Source of the DNA: Pelagomonas calceolata
Lineage: Eukaryota
DNA: 64,000 bases
Assembly: GCA_918797485.1 (NCBI GenBank)
Contig: CAKKNE010000003.1
Span: forward strand, 2,852,001 to 2,916,000
Direction of reading: 5' to 3'
The notes under the pieces are model-generated. The model saw only the letters and a program-made list of their open reading frames with translations. It was not told where the DNA came from and searched no databases. Made by a program: the position numbers and the translations under genes. This document shows, piece by piece, positions 52,256 to 62,835 of the stretch (position 1 is the stretch's first letter; each line of letters starts with the position of its first letter).

Positions 52256-53033
52256 TTAGGCTCCTCGCCCAGGCGTCGTCGGCGAGCGCCTCGCACGCGC
52301 CCTCGGCGAGCTCGCCGAGCAACACGTCGCCGAACCGCTCGCGCCGCAGGCCGACGACGGGCGCGCCGACGTTGGCGAGCATCCGCCGCACCATGCGGTG
52401 TTTTCCCTCGCGCACGACGAGTCTCACCGTGACGCGGTCGTCGTCGGCGACCCGCGCCTCCAGCACGTCGCCGACGTGTACTCCGAGCGTCGTCTGCACG
52501 CCGGCCGCGAGGCGGTCGCGCAGGAACGCCTCCGGCGTCCGCGCGAGCGCGGCGTCGGCGCCGGCGGCGACCTCGCACGTGGCCACGTACTCCTTCTCGA
52601 CGGCCGCCCGCGGCGAGAGCAGCTTGTGCGTGAGGGCGCCGTCGGACGAGAAGAGGAGGAGGCCCGACGTGTCCGCGTCGAGGCGGCCCACGGGGTGCGC
52701 CTTGCGCGGCGCCACGGCCGCGAGGTCGGGCCGGCCGCGGTCGTCGCTCAGCGTGCTGTGCACCCCAATGGGCTTGTGGTACACCCAGAGCAGCGGCAGC
52801 GGTTCAACTAGAACGTCGTCGACCGTCACGCGCGCGTCCGCGGGGACCTTCGCCGCGGCTCGCTTCGCGACGACGCCGTCGACGGCGACGCGCCCCTGCT
52901 TGACGAGCTGGCTGCAGGCGGCGCGGCTCGCGGCGACGGATGCGTCGTTGAGGAACTTGTCCAGGCGTACGCTGCTGCTCGTCGAGAGCGCTCTCGCTGT
53001 AGTTGTCGCGCATGCGACGAGGAGCAGGCGCAT
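52248..53033 (-). CDS. rsuA: RsuA-family pseudouridine synthase, organelle-targeted
   Basis: S4-like RLDKFL; HKPIG; PVGRLDADTSGLLL; EGKHRMVRRM. Confidence 0.92.
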   Translation of the reverse strand: MRLLLVACATTTARALSTSSSVRLDKFLNDASVAASRAACSQLVKQGRVAVDGVVAKRAAAKVPADARVTVDDVLVEPLPLLWVYHKPIGVHSTLSDDRGRPDLAAVAPRKAHPVGRLDADTSGLLLFSSDGALTHKLLSPRAAVEKEYVATCEVAAGADAALARTPEAFLRDRLAAGVQTTLGVHVGDVLEARVADDDRVTVRLVVREGKHRMVRRMLANVGAPVVGLRRERFGDVLLGELAEGACEALADDAWARSLIT

Positions 53034-53162
53034 ATGGGCTTGGGCTCTGTGTACAATGGCTAAGACATCGTTGAACTTTGTTTGCGGCGTTGCTGCTGTG
53101 ATATCTCAATGCCTAATACTGTCATACGCTGCACACAGCGTCTCGGGGCCATATTTTTGGTA

Positions 53163-53185
53163 GCTAGCGGCATGTAAGACACTAG
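53163..53185 (-). promoter_or_regulatory. CTAG-box element in divergent gap
   Basis: Reverse complement reads CTAGTGTCTTACATGCCGCTAGC. Confidence 0.75.
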
Positions 53186-53338
53186 TTTTCTCCAGGCCTT
53201 CCACTGTATCGATTGATAACCTGCATTGTGGTCGAGAAGGCTCGGCACCCAAGGTCTCTCGTAGTCCACTCGTCGACAGCAGATCACTAGTTGGCCACCA
53301 TAGTTTTACTGGGGGGTCCAAAACACCAAAAAAACACC

Positions 53339-54114
53339 ATGGGCCAGTACGAGAAGGATAAGAAGGAGCTGCTCGAGAAGATCGAACAACTAGAACACAA
53401 GCTGAAAAAAGCTAAGCAGAGCGGCGACAAGGACGACGTCGACAAGTACTCGCGCAAGCTCGCCGATAGGCGCGCGAAACTCGCGTCGGACGGGTGCCGC
53501 CTGACGTCGGTCATGGACTGTCGGCGCCGGCGTCGCGGGGCCTTCGCATCGCGGCGATCGCCGCGAGACCGATCTTTCGCGCAGGCTGCCATTCCGGTAC
53601 CGGTTTGGACCTACCGTTCACCTACGTGCAGGGGCGCGGCTGGTCCGTCGACAGCCTCCCGGCCTTCTCGCCCGGCGACGTCCAGATGTTCAGTGGTTGT
53701 AGAGATGATCAGACGTCGGCGGATGTAGTGGCGGGCGGGCAGGCCGGCGGCGCGATGACGAACGCGTTCCTCGCCGTGCTCGACAACGCGCGGCACGACC
53801 TCAAGTACCACGAGCTCATGGACGCCTTGCACCGCGAACTCCGCCGCAAGCGCATGAGCCAGAAGCCCCAGCTCTCGTCGTCGCAACGCTTCGACCTGCG
53901 GGACCGCGTCTTCTGCCTCACCGACGGCTTCGTGCCGAACGGCAACGCGAACCTCGGCCGGCCGCCGCGCCAGCCGGGCCACCGCCCGCACCGCAAGCAC
54001 GGGCAGGCCATGGGCGGCATGAACCTCGAGGACTTCCTCGCCGGCGGCGGCGGCGGCATGGCCATGGCGGCGATGGGCGGGCTCCTGCTCTCCATGGCGT
54101 TAGGGGACCACTAG
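53339..54114 (+). CDS. N-terminally truncated metacaspase-like protein; intron 53520-53584
   Basis: Spliced: CRLTSVMDCCHSGTGLDLPF..MFSGCRDDQTSAD..GGAMTNAF..QKPQLSSS. No His-Gly catalytic motif upstream. Confidence 0.75.
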
Positions 54115-54145
54115 GCAGGTCCGTGTAGTTAGATACTTCGAGTAC

Positions 54146-54928
54146 TTAGACGTCCCCCTTCCACGACACGGCGAGGTCGCCCGCGCCGACGCGCGGCTTG
54201 TTGAAGCCGGACGCCCCCAGCAGCGCCGCCGAGTCGTCGGGCACGCAGGAGATCTGGAGCGACGACTTGCCCCGCTGCAGCGCGCCCGACAGGTTGATGT
54301 TCGTGGCCGGCACTCGCGCGGCGAGGCCGGCGTCGCAGTCGGCGTCGTTCCCCAGTCTCTTGGCCGTCGCCGCCGATAATTCTAGAACGAGCTTGCGCAG
54401 CACGGCAAATACAGAAGCGCGCTGCTGCGCCGCGGCGATCGTCGCGTCGCGCGCCGCGGCGCTGGCCCTGCTGACGGCCAATAAGGCCGCCTCGAGCTCC
54501 CGCTCGTCCTCGTCGTAGGTCCACTCGGCGCGCGACGCGGCCTCGGCGAGCGCCGTGAATTCCTCGCGTGCTTTGATCAGCGCGTCGTACTCGCCTCCGA
54601 GCTTCGCACGGCGGAAGGCCTGCACGGCCGCGGCCCTTGCTGTTCTCAACTGTTTGGCGTAGATGCTCCTCAATAAAGCATCTAATCGTTTTTCGACGTC
54701 GCGCACCGCCTTGGCGTCGCCGCCACTCTCTTTTACTCTTGCCTCGGCCGCGGCGCAGAGGGCGTCGGCCTTTGCTCCTAAATCGGGCACGCAGGCGCCG
54801 CCGTCGACGTGCGCCCTCAGGGAAGCGATCTCGTCGAGCGCGGGGCGGAGGGCGGCGTACTGGGCGGAGCCCGGGGCCTTGGCGGCGTCACTCGCGCAGA
54901 GCGCGGCTGCGGCGAGGAGGAGGCGCAT
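54146..54928 (-). CDS. Hypothetical secreted/ER helical protein
   Basis: Signal peptide MRLLLAAAALCASDA; GC3-rich frame. Confidence 0.6.
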   Translation of the reverse strand: MRLLLAAAALCASDAAKAPGSAQYAALRPALDEIASLRAHVDGGACVPDLGAKADALCAAAEARVKESGGDAKAVRDVEKRLDALLRSIYAKQLRTARAAAVQAFRRAKLGGEYDALIKAREEFTALAEAASRAEWTYDEDERELEAALLAVSRASAAARDATIAAAQQRASVFAVLRKLVLELSAATAKRLGNDADCDAGLAARVPATNINLSGALQRGKSSLQISCVPDDSAALLGASGFNKPRVGAGDLAVSWKGDV

Positions 54929-55172
54929 GCTTGCTTGCCAACGATTGGTGCTCGTTCGGCGTCTGTGCAACGCGGCGTTTGCGGCAGCAGTCTCGGTGAT
55001 GCTGCAGGGCTTGCTGTGCCAGCGATGGTGAGTTTGCACGGCACCGCGATTTCTTTGCAAGCCTCGTTGCCACAGCGTCTTGGTGATGCAGTAGGGCCCT
55101 TCGTGACGGAGTAGCAGTGGCTAGCGAGTTAGCAGCGGCGGCCTGAGGCAAGCTCAAGGACGAGGGCTGAGC

Positions 55173-55195
55173 GCTAGTGTCTTACGACTGCTAGC
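55173..55195 (+). promoter_or_regulatory. CTAG-box element in divergent gap
   Basis: GCTAGTGTCTTACGACTGCTAGC. Confidence 0.75.
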
Positions 55196-55369
55196 TGCAT
55201 GCCGCTCAGCGTGCTACGCGCCGGCGTGACCTCGCGAGACCCGCATCGGTCATTTTCTGTGCCGTGCCAGCGATTCGTATCGTTGCGGCACGCTCCAGGC
55301 ACAGTGCTCTCCGGATGTGCTCTTGTGCTCTCACAGCCTAAAAGCCGCAGCGACAAAGCGCAGCGACAA

Positions 55370-56455
55370 ATGTTGTTACGCGTCGCGGCGCTGCTCGCCG
55401 CGGTTGCTGCGAAATTACCCTGGCAGAATACCGACTCACCGCGCGCGGCCGCGCGCCGCGCCTTCTCGACGCTCCAGGACGGCTGGTCCGCGACCTACGT
55501 GCCATCCAAGAACGCATCATTTATCCCGAGGACAAAGGCATCGGAGACCTGGTTCTCCGTCGTGGCCGCGACGGACGCCGAGGAATTGAGGCTCCTGCCT
55601 CATTTGTTAAAACACTACGCCTGGATTCCGCCGTCCCGGTTTGTGGTCGTCCTCCACGCGCCGAAACGGACGGCAACTTATAGAGAAATGGCGCATCATG
55701 TCGAAGCGTTTGGAGCCATGGGCCACGTCCGCTGGGCGTCGCCCTACTCCGGCGCGCACAAGGAAGCCGTGAGACGTTTTGCGTTTGCGCGGTTGCTGCA
55801 AAGCAAACAGATGAAATTCGGGGACTGGGTCGTCCACGCGGACTCCGATGAATTCGTGGTCTTTCCTGATAGATCTTTTGAGGAGGTGCTGTCGCGAGCC
55901 GGAAAAGCCGACGTGGTTGGTGGTATGTGGACCGATAGGGTCGCGGACCAGGGGGCGTTGGCACCCATACCAGAACAAGATCTGTGGGAGGCGTTCCCGC
56001 TGAACTGCGCGTTTCGGAGAAAACCGAAGGTCGTGGCCTACAAGTTGCCGCGCCTGGTCACGGACGGCGCGCACGCGCCGCTTGGGAAGGATGCGGTCTT
56101 CGCTTCCGATAGAGGAATAGTGTACCACTTCAAGTGGCATTCGCATGTCTTGGAGCGATTGAAGGAGCGCGTCGAGGTTAAAAAACGGCCGCGCCAATTC
56201 GGCGGGCGGGGGAAACAAGGAGCGGCGCATTTGGTGGAGGCCCTGCGCGCCTATTTAGTTGATCACGACGGCATTTGCGTCTCATGCAAAGACATGCGCG
56301 CCGTCTGCTGCCGCGCGCCGTGCGACGTTGATTCGTTGCGGCCCTACGAGGCGTTCCTGCGGACGGACCCGTCGAAGCCTCATTATTTCGCGTTTGGCAT
56401 CTTGTTGCTGTTGTGTGGTTGTTGTTACGCGTACCTTCGGCGTCGCGCTGCGTAA
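55370..56455 (+). CDS. GT-A fold glycosyltransferase-like protein
   Basis: Signal peptide; LLPHLLKHY; WVVHADSDEF (DxD); YHFKW; C-terminal TM segment. Confidence 0.75.
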   Translation: MLLRVAALLAAVAAKLPWQNTDSPRAAARRAFSTLQDGWSATYVPSKNASFIPRTKASETWFSVVAATDAEELRLLPHLLKHYAWIPPSRFVVVLHAPKRTATYREMAHHVEAFGAMGHVRWASPYSGAHKEAVRRFAFARLLQSKQMKFGDWVVHADSDEFVVFPDRSFEEVLSRAGKADVVGGMWTDRVADQGALAPIPEQDLWEAFPLNCAFRRKPKVVAYKLPRLVTDGAHAPLGKDAVFASDRGIVYHFKWHSHVLERLKERVEVKKRPRQFGGRGKQGAAHLVEALRAYLVDHDGICVSCKDMRAVCCRAPCDVDSLRPYEAFLRTDPSKPHYFAFGILLLLCGCCYAYLRRRAA

Positions 56456-56685
56456 GTTGGTTGTGCCTTTTGAGGGTTGTTTGGATATGCAAGAGTACTC
56501 CATTTATCCCCCCCGCCCTGCTCTGCCGCGGCTGACCGGCGTATGACTGGCACCTCAAGTTCGTTGGCCCACCACCGCGGAGCAGGGCTCTCGCATTTGT
56601 TTTGGCGCATCGACCAGCTCCCGCTGCCATAAACACCACGCAAGGTGCCGCACAGCTCACTGGACGTCGACAGCAAACAGTAATC

Positions 56686-57318
56686 ATGAAGCTTGCTCTT
56701 GCCTTCCTTGGCGCGACGGCCGTCGCGTTCACGGCCCCGCAGACGACGTCGACGCGCGCCGCCACGCAGCTATGCGCGTACGTACCGTCGGGCATGGACC
56801 CCGCCGCCTACGCGGCCCTCAAGAAGAAGGAGGCCGCCGCGTCGAAGAAGTCGGACCGCAAGGCCTACAAGTCCCGATCGTTCAACTCCTTCGTCGAAGC
56901 GATGGAGAAGGGCGAGGCCACGCACCTCTTCGCCGTCGACCCGCGCAAGATCAAGTCCGGCGAAGTGCCCATCGAGGAGGTGCCGTACATGCAGCGACGC
57001 GGTGGTTCGTGGGACGGGTCCGACCTCAAGGGCGCCGCGCTCCGCCGCGCGAAGAAGAAGCAGTCGCAGGGCATGTACACGGCCGGCAAGTGGCTCGACT
57101 CGGACCGCGAGTACGAGAAGAACGGGCCGGGCGTGATGTCGTTCTTCACGCAGTTCAACGGCGGCAAGCAGGACAAGGTCGAGGACCGCGCGAGGCAGAA
57201 CGGCATCTCGCAGGACGCGCAGCTCTGGCGCGACGCCGGCGCGCTGTCGGCGAAGCAGGCCTCGAAGATCAAGGCGTCGAAGCTCGGCGAGGAGAAGAAG
57301 TTCTTCGGCCTGTTCTAG
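56686..57318 (+). CDS. Conserved-looking plastid-targeted hypothetical protein
   Basis: MKLALAFLGATAVAF-TAPQ bipartite presequence; YVPSGMDPAAYAALKKKE; strongly biased codons. Confidence 0.75.
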   Translation: MKLALAFLGATAVAFTAPQTTSTRAATQLCAYVPSGMDPAAYAALKKKEAAASKKSDRKAYKSRSFNSFVEAMEKGEATHLFAVDPRKIKSGEVPIEEVPYMQRRGGSWDGSDLKGAALRRAKKKQSQGMYTAGKWLDSDREYEKNGPGVMSFFTQFNGGKQDKVEDRARQNGISQDAQLWRDAGALSAKQASKIKASKLGEEKKFFGLF

Positions 57319-57396
57319 GTCCCCCGGTCTGTACCCTGTTGTGTGTGTCGCGCATCGGAATCATAAATATAGTGAAAACTTAACTTACACGAATCT

Positions 57397-58419
57397 CTAA
57401 GCGGCGCAGACGCCCGTCACGCCACCGTGGCCGCCTCTGGTAAACACGATGAAGTCCGCGACCGTATCCAAAGACGGGTCGTCCCAGACGTCCACGAGCG
57501 ACCTCCTTAAAAACGACGGCCCGTCCATCGGCACGCAGACCACGACCCGAAACTCGTCTCTATCTAAGGGCTCGAAGGGCCCGCCCGACTCGGTATACTT
57601 CTCGACGTGGTCGACGACGCCTAGGAAGTGTTGCACGTGGAAGGCGCCACAGACCAACATGATCGCGTCGCGCGTGTTCGTCTTGAGGAAGTCGAGGCAC
57701 GAGTGCGCCATCGCCGCGTCCCACAGGCACTGGGCCGCCACCACATTCTTCGACCGGAGGCCGACCATCTGTAGGCGCTCCGCGTAGGCCTCGGAGAGCG
57801 GCGTGTGGTGGTAGGGGAGCGGTGGTAGTTTTGCGACGTCATCACCAGAAATGGTGTCTAGAGCACTCACACCTTGTTTCGCCACTAAGCGCGCGTGCCT
57901 TCTCGGCGCGTTCGCCGCGACGATCGGGCCGCCCAGGGCCCGGGCCAAAAACGCCAGCGGCCCGTAGCGCTTCGTATCACCCTCGCCTCAAAATAACTTT
58001 GCCACGTCGTTCGACCGACCGGACGCGAAGGACTCGGCGTCGCGCCGCGCGTCCGCGTCGACGAACTCTAGAGCTAATGCTACTCTTCTACGGGAGTCGC
58101 GCTGGCGCCGCGCCATACCATCGTAGACGGACCGTTCCACATCTTGAGCTTTCGCATCGTCGTGGTGCTCGCCGAACATGACGAGCTTGCGCGAAGGGTC
58201 CGCGAGGTCCTCGATCATCTCCTCCAGGTTGATGCGTTTCAAGGGTTCGCCGGCGACTTGTCTTTCTAAAACAATCACATCTCTCTCCAACTCTCGGACG
58301 GGCGTCACCCTTCGCTGCGGCTTCTCGACGACGTCGCAGCGCGTCGTGTACTGGCCCGCGGCGGCGGCGGACGCGACCAAGCCCGTCGAGACGTTGAGGC
58401 GCACGGCGGCGCGCAGCAT
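57397..58419 (-). CDS. ChaN/PhuW-like haem/iron-uptake domain protein with in-frame TGA at 57988-57990
   Basis: VMFGEHHDD..LALEF..KLF*GEGDTKRYGPLAFLAR..IVAANAP..AQCLWDAAMA..CGAFH..ADF. Both halves are in one frame. Confidence 0.75.
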
Positions 58420-59130
58420 CGTTTCGCTTTCTCGCCGCGCACGCGGTCTCAACGGGTCCGCGCGCGGCGTAGCACGTGGGGATCCTTTGTTCGCAAGGCT
58501 GGAATCGCCAACTGAGCCGGATTTCGCCGTGCACGCTTCTCCCGCTACAAGCTGCGTATAGATGCGCTACGCGCACAGCGTGGCGCGCGGATACGACCGC
58601 CGTGCAGCAACTACAGGCGCTCTGATGTGTCTGCCTGCGGGCATGATGGACTCGTGCCGCGCAAAATCGAAGGTACGGCAAACGTGGTAAAGGAACGAAT
58701 GGAACATAGACGCATCGCCCGCGACGCGTGGCGTGCGCGATTGGAGGCAGGATGGGGGAGAGACAACCAGCAAAACACCACAGCTCCCTCGCGACGCAAG
58801 CGTCGGCTTTCGGGACGGAAGGAGTCCTCGAGCGTTCCTGTTCTCGCGCGGTGGCCGTGGGCACGCGCAGACACAGGCCGCTCGCTTTGGCAATTGGCAA
58901 GCGGCGGCAGCGTTCCTCCCTGCTCTGTTTTATCGCTTCCGTGTGCCGCTTTCGAGCCGCTTTTTTTTGGCGGTCCGGGCAGCATATCGGTTTCGCTGCG
59001 TCACAGTGCGTACAAAGCACACATAACCTCAAAGCACAGCCGAGCTTCGAAGACTGCTGCGCAAAGAATAAAAGCGGATATTTGCGGATCCGCGCTACCG
59101 CCGTCAAGGAACGAATAGAAGCAGTGACCA

Positions 59131-59540
59131 ATGGGCAAGGGCGACAAGGGCGCGAAGATCTTTAAGACCAAGCGCGGCCGCGGCGCCGTAACCGCTTACG
59201 AGCAGTCTTCTGCACGCACTGATACGCGCGTCGATGGCGCCGCCGTTAATCTCCGAACGCGCGCAGGTGCAGCCAGTGCCACACGATCGAGGCCGGCGGC
59301 GCGCACAAGCAGGGCCCGAACCTCCACGGCGTCTTCGGGCGCGCGGCCGGCACGGCGCCGGGCTTCGGCTTCAGCGGCGCCGTGTCCGGGAGCGGCGTGA
59401 CGTGGGACGACGAGACGATGGACAAGTGGCTCACGAACCCCAAGAAATTCATCAAGGGCACGAAGATGGTGTTTGCCGGCATCAAGAAGGACAAGGAGCG
59501 GGCGCCGCTGCTCAAGTACCTCAAGGAGGCGTCGGCGTAG
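59131..59540 (+). CDS. CYCS: Cytochrome c; GC-AG intron 59172-59266
   Basis: Spliced: [41 protein letters not shown]. Confidence 0.96.
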
Positions 59541-59815
59541 TGAGTGGGGTAAATAAGATTATTTTGTAACTTTTCATGTTAGACGACGCCCCTAGCGTGT
59601 GATAAGAATCCGCAGAGCGGAAATTAAGCTCTGAACTTCACTATTCGGAGGTCAGTCGGAGAGGTCTGTTTTCAAAAGCCATCCGCCTAGGCCTGTATAC
59701 ATGCATACTATATTTATGTATATATATTGATTCCTAGTATGTCCATACGCTAGCTCACTAGGTCTTGCGGCTCGCCAAAGTACACCAGCGATTGACGGTG
59801 TCTTCTACCGTCCAA

Positions 59816-60423
59816 ATGGTACATCATATCAGCTCCAGTCCAGTTTTCATACACATTCGACGGAACCGGAGCCGACGGCCGGCGCGGCTACGCCGCCTGG
59901 CCCGGCGCGCGCGGCCCCGGAGTTCGCGGTCCCGCGTCGCCTTCTCCGACGCGGACCTCGCATCGGCGGCGGACGCGGACGCGGCGGCGGCGCTGGCATC
60001 GCACGCTCCCGCGGACGCGGCGGCGCCCGCGGCCGGCCTCGAGCGCGAGAGTTGCGATACGACGCAGGGCGACACCGACGTAGACGTCGCCTCGCAACTC
60101 TCGCGCCTCTCGGTCGCTGGGGCCGAGGCGGAGCCCCGCAGCCCCCGGTCGCCGCGAACGCCGAAGGACGCGTGCGTCGTCTGCTGGGAGCGGCGCCGCG
60201 AGGTGGCCTGCTACCCTTGCATGTGCGTCGCGGCGTCCCGGAGATTTCCGCTGATACTTCACTTGACACCTCGATTGCGCGGAGACACGCCATCGCCGCG
60301 GTCGTCTCAATGTCTGATCCGCGCAGGCACGTCTGCCTCTGCGCGGCGTGCGCCGGCGCGGCGGACGCCTGTCCCATGTGCCGGCGGCCCGTCGAGGACG
60401 TGTTCCGCGTGTTCCTGTCTTGA
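59816..60423 (+). CDS. C3HC4 RING-finger protein; intron 60223-60326; start uncertain
   Basis: Spliced: CVVC..PCMHVCLCAAC..CPMCR. Confidence 0.75.
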
Positions 60424-60634
60424 TTTCTTCATCATCATCGTCGTCGTCGGCGTTCCGCGGCTCTTATCTATATATGAAGCATCTTCTAAGCATCTTCTGC
60501 TAGTGTATCGACATACTAGGCTTAAAGGAGCTTTGGTAAGCCAGCTGCACTTCAGGCAAGGCTGCTGGCGGACGAGCGGCGATAATAAGAGCGTTGCCGC
60601 GTTGCCAAGGCTGCTGTGACGAGCGCTGCAACGG

Positions 60635-62646
60635 ATGCGCGCGCCGCAGCTCGTCTACACCGCGACGGCCTGTGCAGCACTGCGGGCCGCGGCGGTGCGA
60701 CGGCTGAGGCCGACGCGCCGCCTCATCAACATGCGGGGCCTCGACGCCTTTGCCGCCGCCGCCGACGCGAGCTGGACGCGAGCATTGAACGCCGACCCCG
60801 AATCCAAGCAGCACGAGCCGAACAAGAGCTCGCGGCGCGTGAAGAGCGGCCACTACGTCCCCGTCGTGCCCACTGCTTTACAATCGCCGGAGCTCAAATT
60901 GCATTCGAAAGAACTCTGCGAGGAACTAGGCTTGGCGGAGGCCGACGTCAAAGACGAGCGCTTCGCGCGCTTCTTCTCGGGTGATGTGGATGCGCTGAGC
61001 CTGGGCGCGACGTGGGCGACGCCCTACGCGCTGAGCATCATGGTGCCGACTCAGCGTGAAATGAACTTGAACCTGACGCGGTCGCGGCGATGGCGTCCTC
61101 GCGATGCCACCTCGCGTCGATGTCGTCTTCACGATCACATGAGAGTCGACGCGTCGCGTGGATGTATGACGGCGTCCGTGCCACACAGGGCGAGCCGCAG
61201 ACGCGCAACTGCCCCTTCGGCACGGGCGAGGGCTACGGCGACGGGCGGGCCGTGTCGCTCGGCGAGGTTGTTGTAGATGACAAGCGGTGGGAGCTCCAGC
61301 TGAAGGGCGGCGGGCGGACACCGTTCTGCCGGGGCGCGGATGGCAGGGCCGTTTTGAGATCTTCTCTCAGAGAATTTTTAGCGTCGGAGGCGATGCATTT
61401 TCTCAGAGTGCCTACTACAAGAGCTTTGTCGTTGGTCGTATCGCGGACGGAAACGACGAAGCGGCCGTGGTACTCGGGCGCGCGCGACGACGCCGTGCCC
61501 GCTCCGAGTATAAGCGAGGACGACCCTCGCTTGGCCAAGTTCCCGCCACAAGTCCGGAAGCAGCTCATCAGACAATTGATGAGGCAGGGCGGCGACGATC
61601 CCGACGTGATGATCGAAGAAAGCTGCGCCATTACCTGCAGGGTGGCTCCTTCTTTCTCGCGAGTGGGCCACGTCGACTTGTTTTCCAGAAGGGCGCGCCA
61701 GGACGCCATGCGGATGACTGAGTATGAGAAGATCGTGCAGCACGTCATCGCGCGGGAGTACCCGGAATTACTTGGTGAGGACGCTACTAGATTGCCCCAA
61801 GTCGACGACTTAAAACCGGTCGCCCTGAAGTTCGCCGAAGCGTCTCGAGAGAAACTCGCGTCCCTCGCGGCGAACTGGCTGCGCGTCGGCTTCTGCCAGG
61901 GCAACTTCAACGCCGACAACTGCTTAGTTGGAGGAAGGACCATGGACTACGGCCCCTTCGGCTTCCTGGATCAATATGATCCTTCCTTCGCGAAATGGGT
62001 GGGGTCTGGCGACCACTTCGCCTTCGCCAATCAACCTGGCGCTGCTTTAGCGAACTGGGGGACCCTTGTGAGAAGCTTGGCCCCGTTGTTCGATGACCCG
62101 GCGCCTTTACAAGCTTTGCTAGATGATGCGCACGGTTATTTTCAAGCCGCGGTCGACGATTGTTATAGACGCAAGCTGGGCTTTCCTGATGGTGTGGATG
62201 CTTCTGATAAACCCAAGTCGTTGTGGCGGCGGCTCGAGCCTCAATTAAGGGGCCTGGACTACACGATCTTTTTCCGGGAACTGATGAACTGCGTCGAGGG
62301 CGGCGACGCGTCTGTACTAGAGAAAGCGTGCTACGAGCCGCTGACGGAGGAGAAGCGGTCGTTCTTGAATGAATGGTTAAATGACTGGCGTTCCGCATTG
62401 GGAGACACGGCGGGTGTCGCGGAGCGCATGCGTCGCGAGAACCCCAAACATATATTGAGGGAGTGGATGCTCGTCGAGGCGTATGATGCCGCCGGCGCGG
62501 GCGACTGGTCCGTGGCCGAGGAGCTCCACGAATTGATCAGAGAGCCGTACGCTGATAGGGCGCAACTGGACAAAAAGTACTACCGGCGGGCGCCCGATGC
62601 AGCTTTACGGCGGCCGGGGACGGCCTGGATGACCTGATCCTCGTAG
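60635..62646 (+). CDS. SELENOO: Selenoprotein O (SelO/YdiU AMPylase); intron 61043-61188; Sec at TGA 62635-62637
   Basis: YGDGRA, ELQLKGGG.TPF.RGADGRAVLRSSLREFLASEAM, QGNFNADN, DYGPFGF. Ends MT-U-SS-TAG, like the TUSS end of animal SelO. Confidence 0.93.
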
Positions 62647-62667
62647 GTCCCCGTTTGCGTTCTCCAC

Positions 62668-62728
62668 CCCCGCGTGATATATGACGTCGATGCGCGCTTC
62701 GTTGGCGCGTATTGGCCGAGCCGCGGGG
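62668..62728 (+). promoter_or_regulatory. SECIS element in SELENOO 3' UTR
   Basis: Helix I CCCGCG/CGCGGG; core ATGAC (62681-85)/CGAG (62717-20); 12-bp helix II GTCGATGCGCGC/GCGCGTATTGGC; loop TTCGTTG. Confidence 0.8.
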
Positions 62729-62835
62729 TTTCGGGAACGCACCGTGCTCCTAGTGTCTTAAGGGAGCGTTCGTGTTTTATGTTGTTTCGTCGCGGCGATG
62801 GCGTCTACTTGGTAGTGTTTTCGCGAGGAATTTAC

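Noticed and set aside
57319..57364. Possible SECIS for the ChaN-like gene (minus strand ATGAT...GGAC)
   Set aside because: Only about 4 bp of helix II pair; not convincing by eye.
62750..62760. CTAGTGTCTTA half-site in a convergent gap
   Set aside because: It lacks the second CGCTAG arm. Noted as the only exception to the 5'-flank pattern and not listed as a feature.
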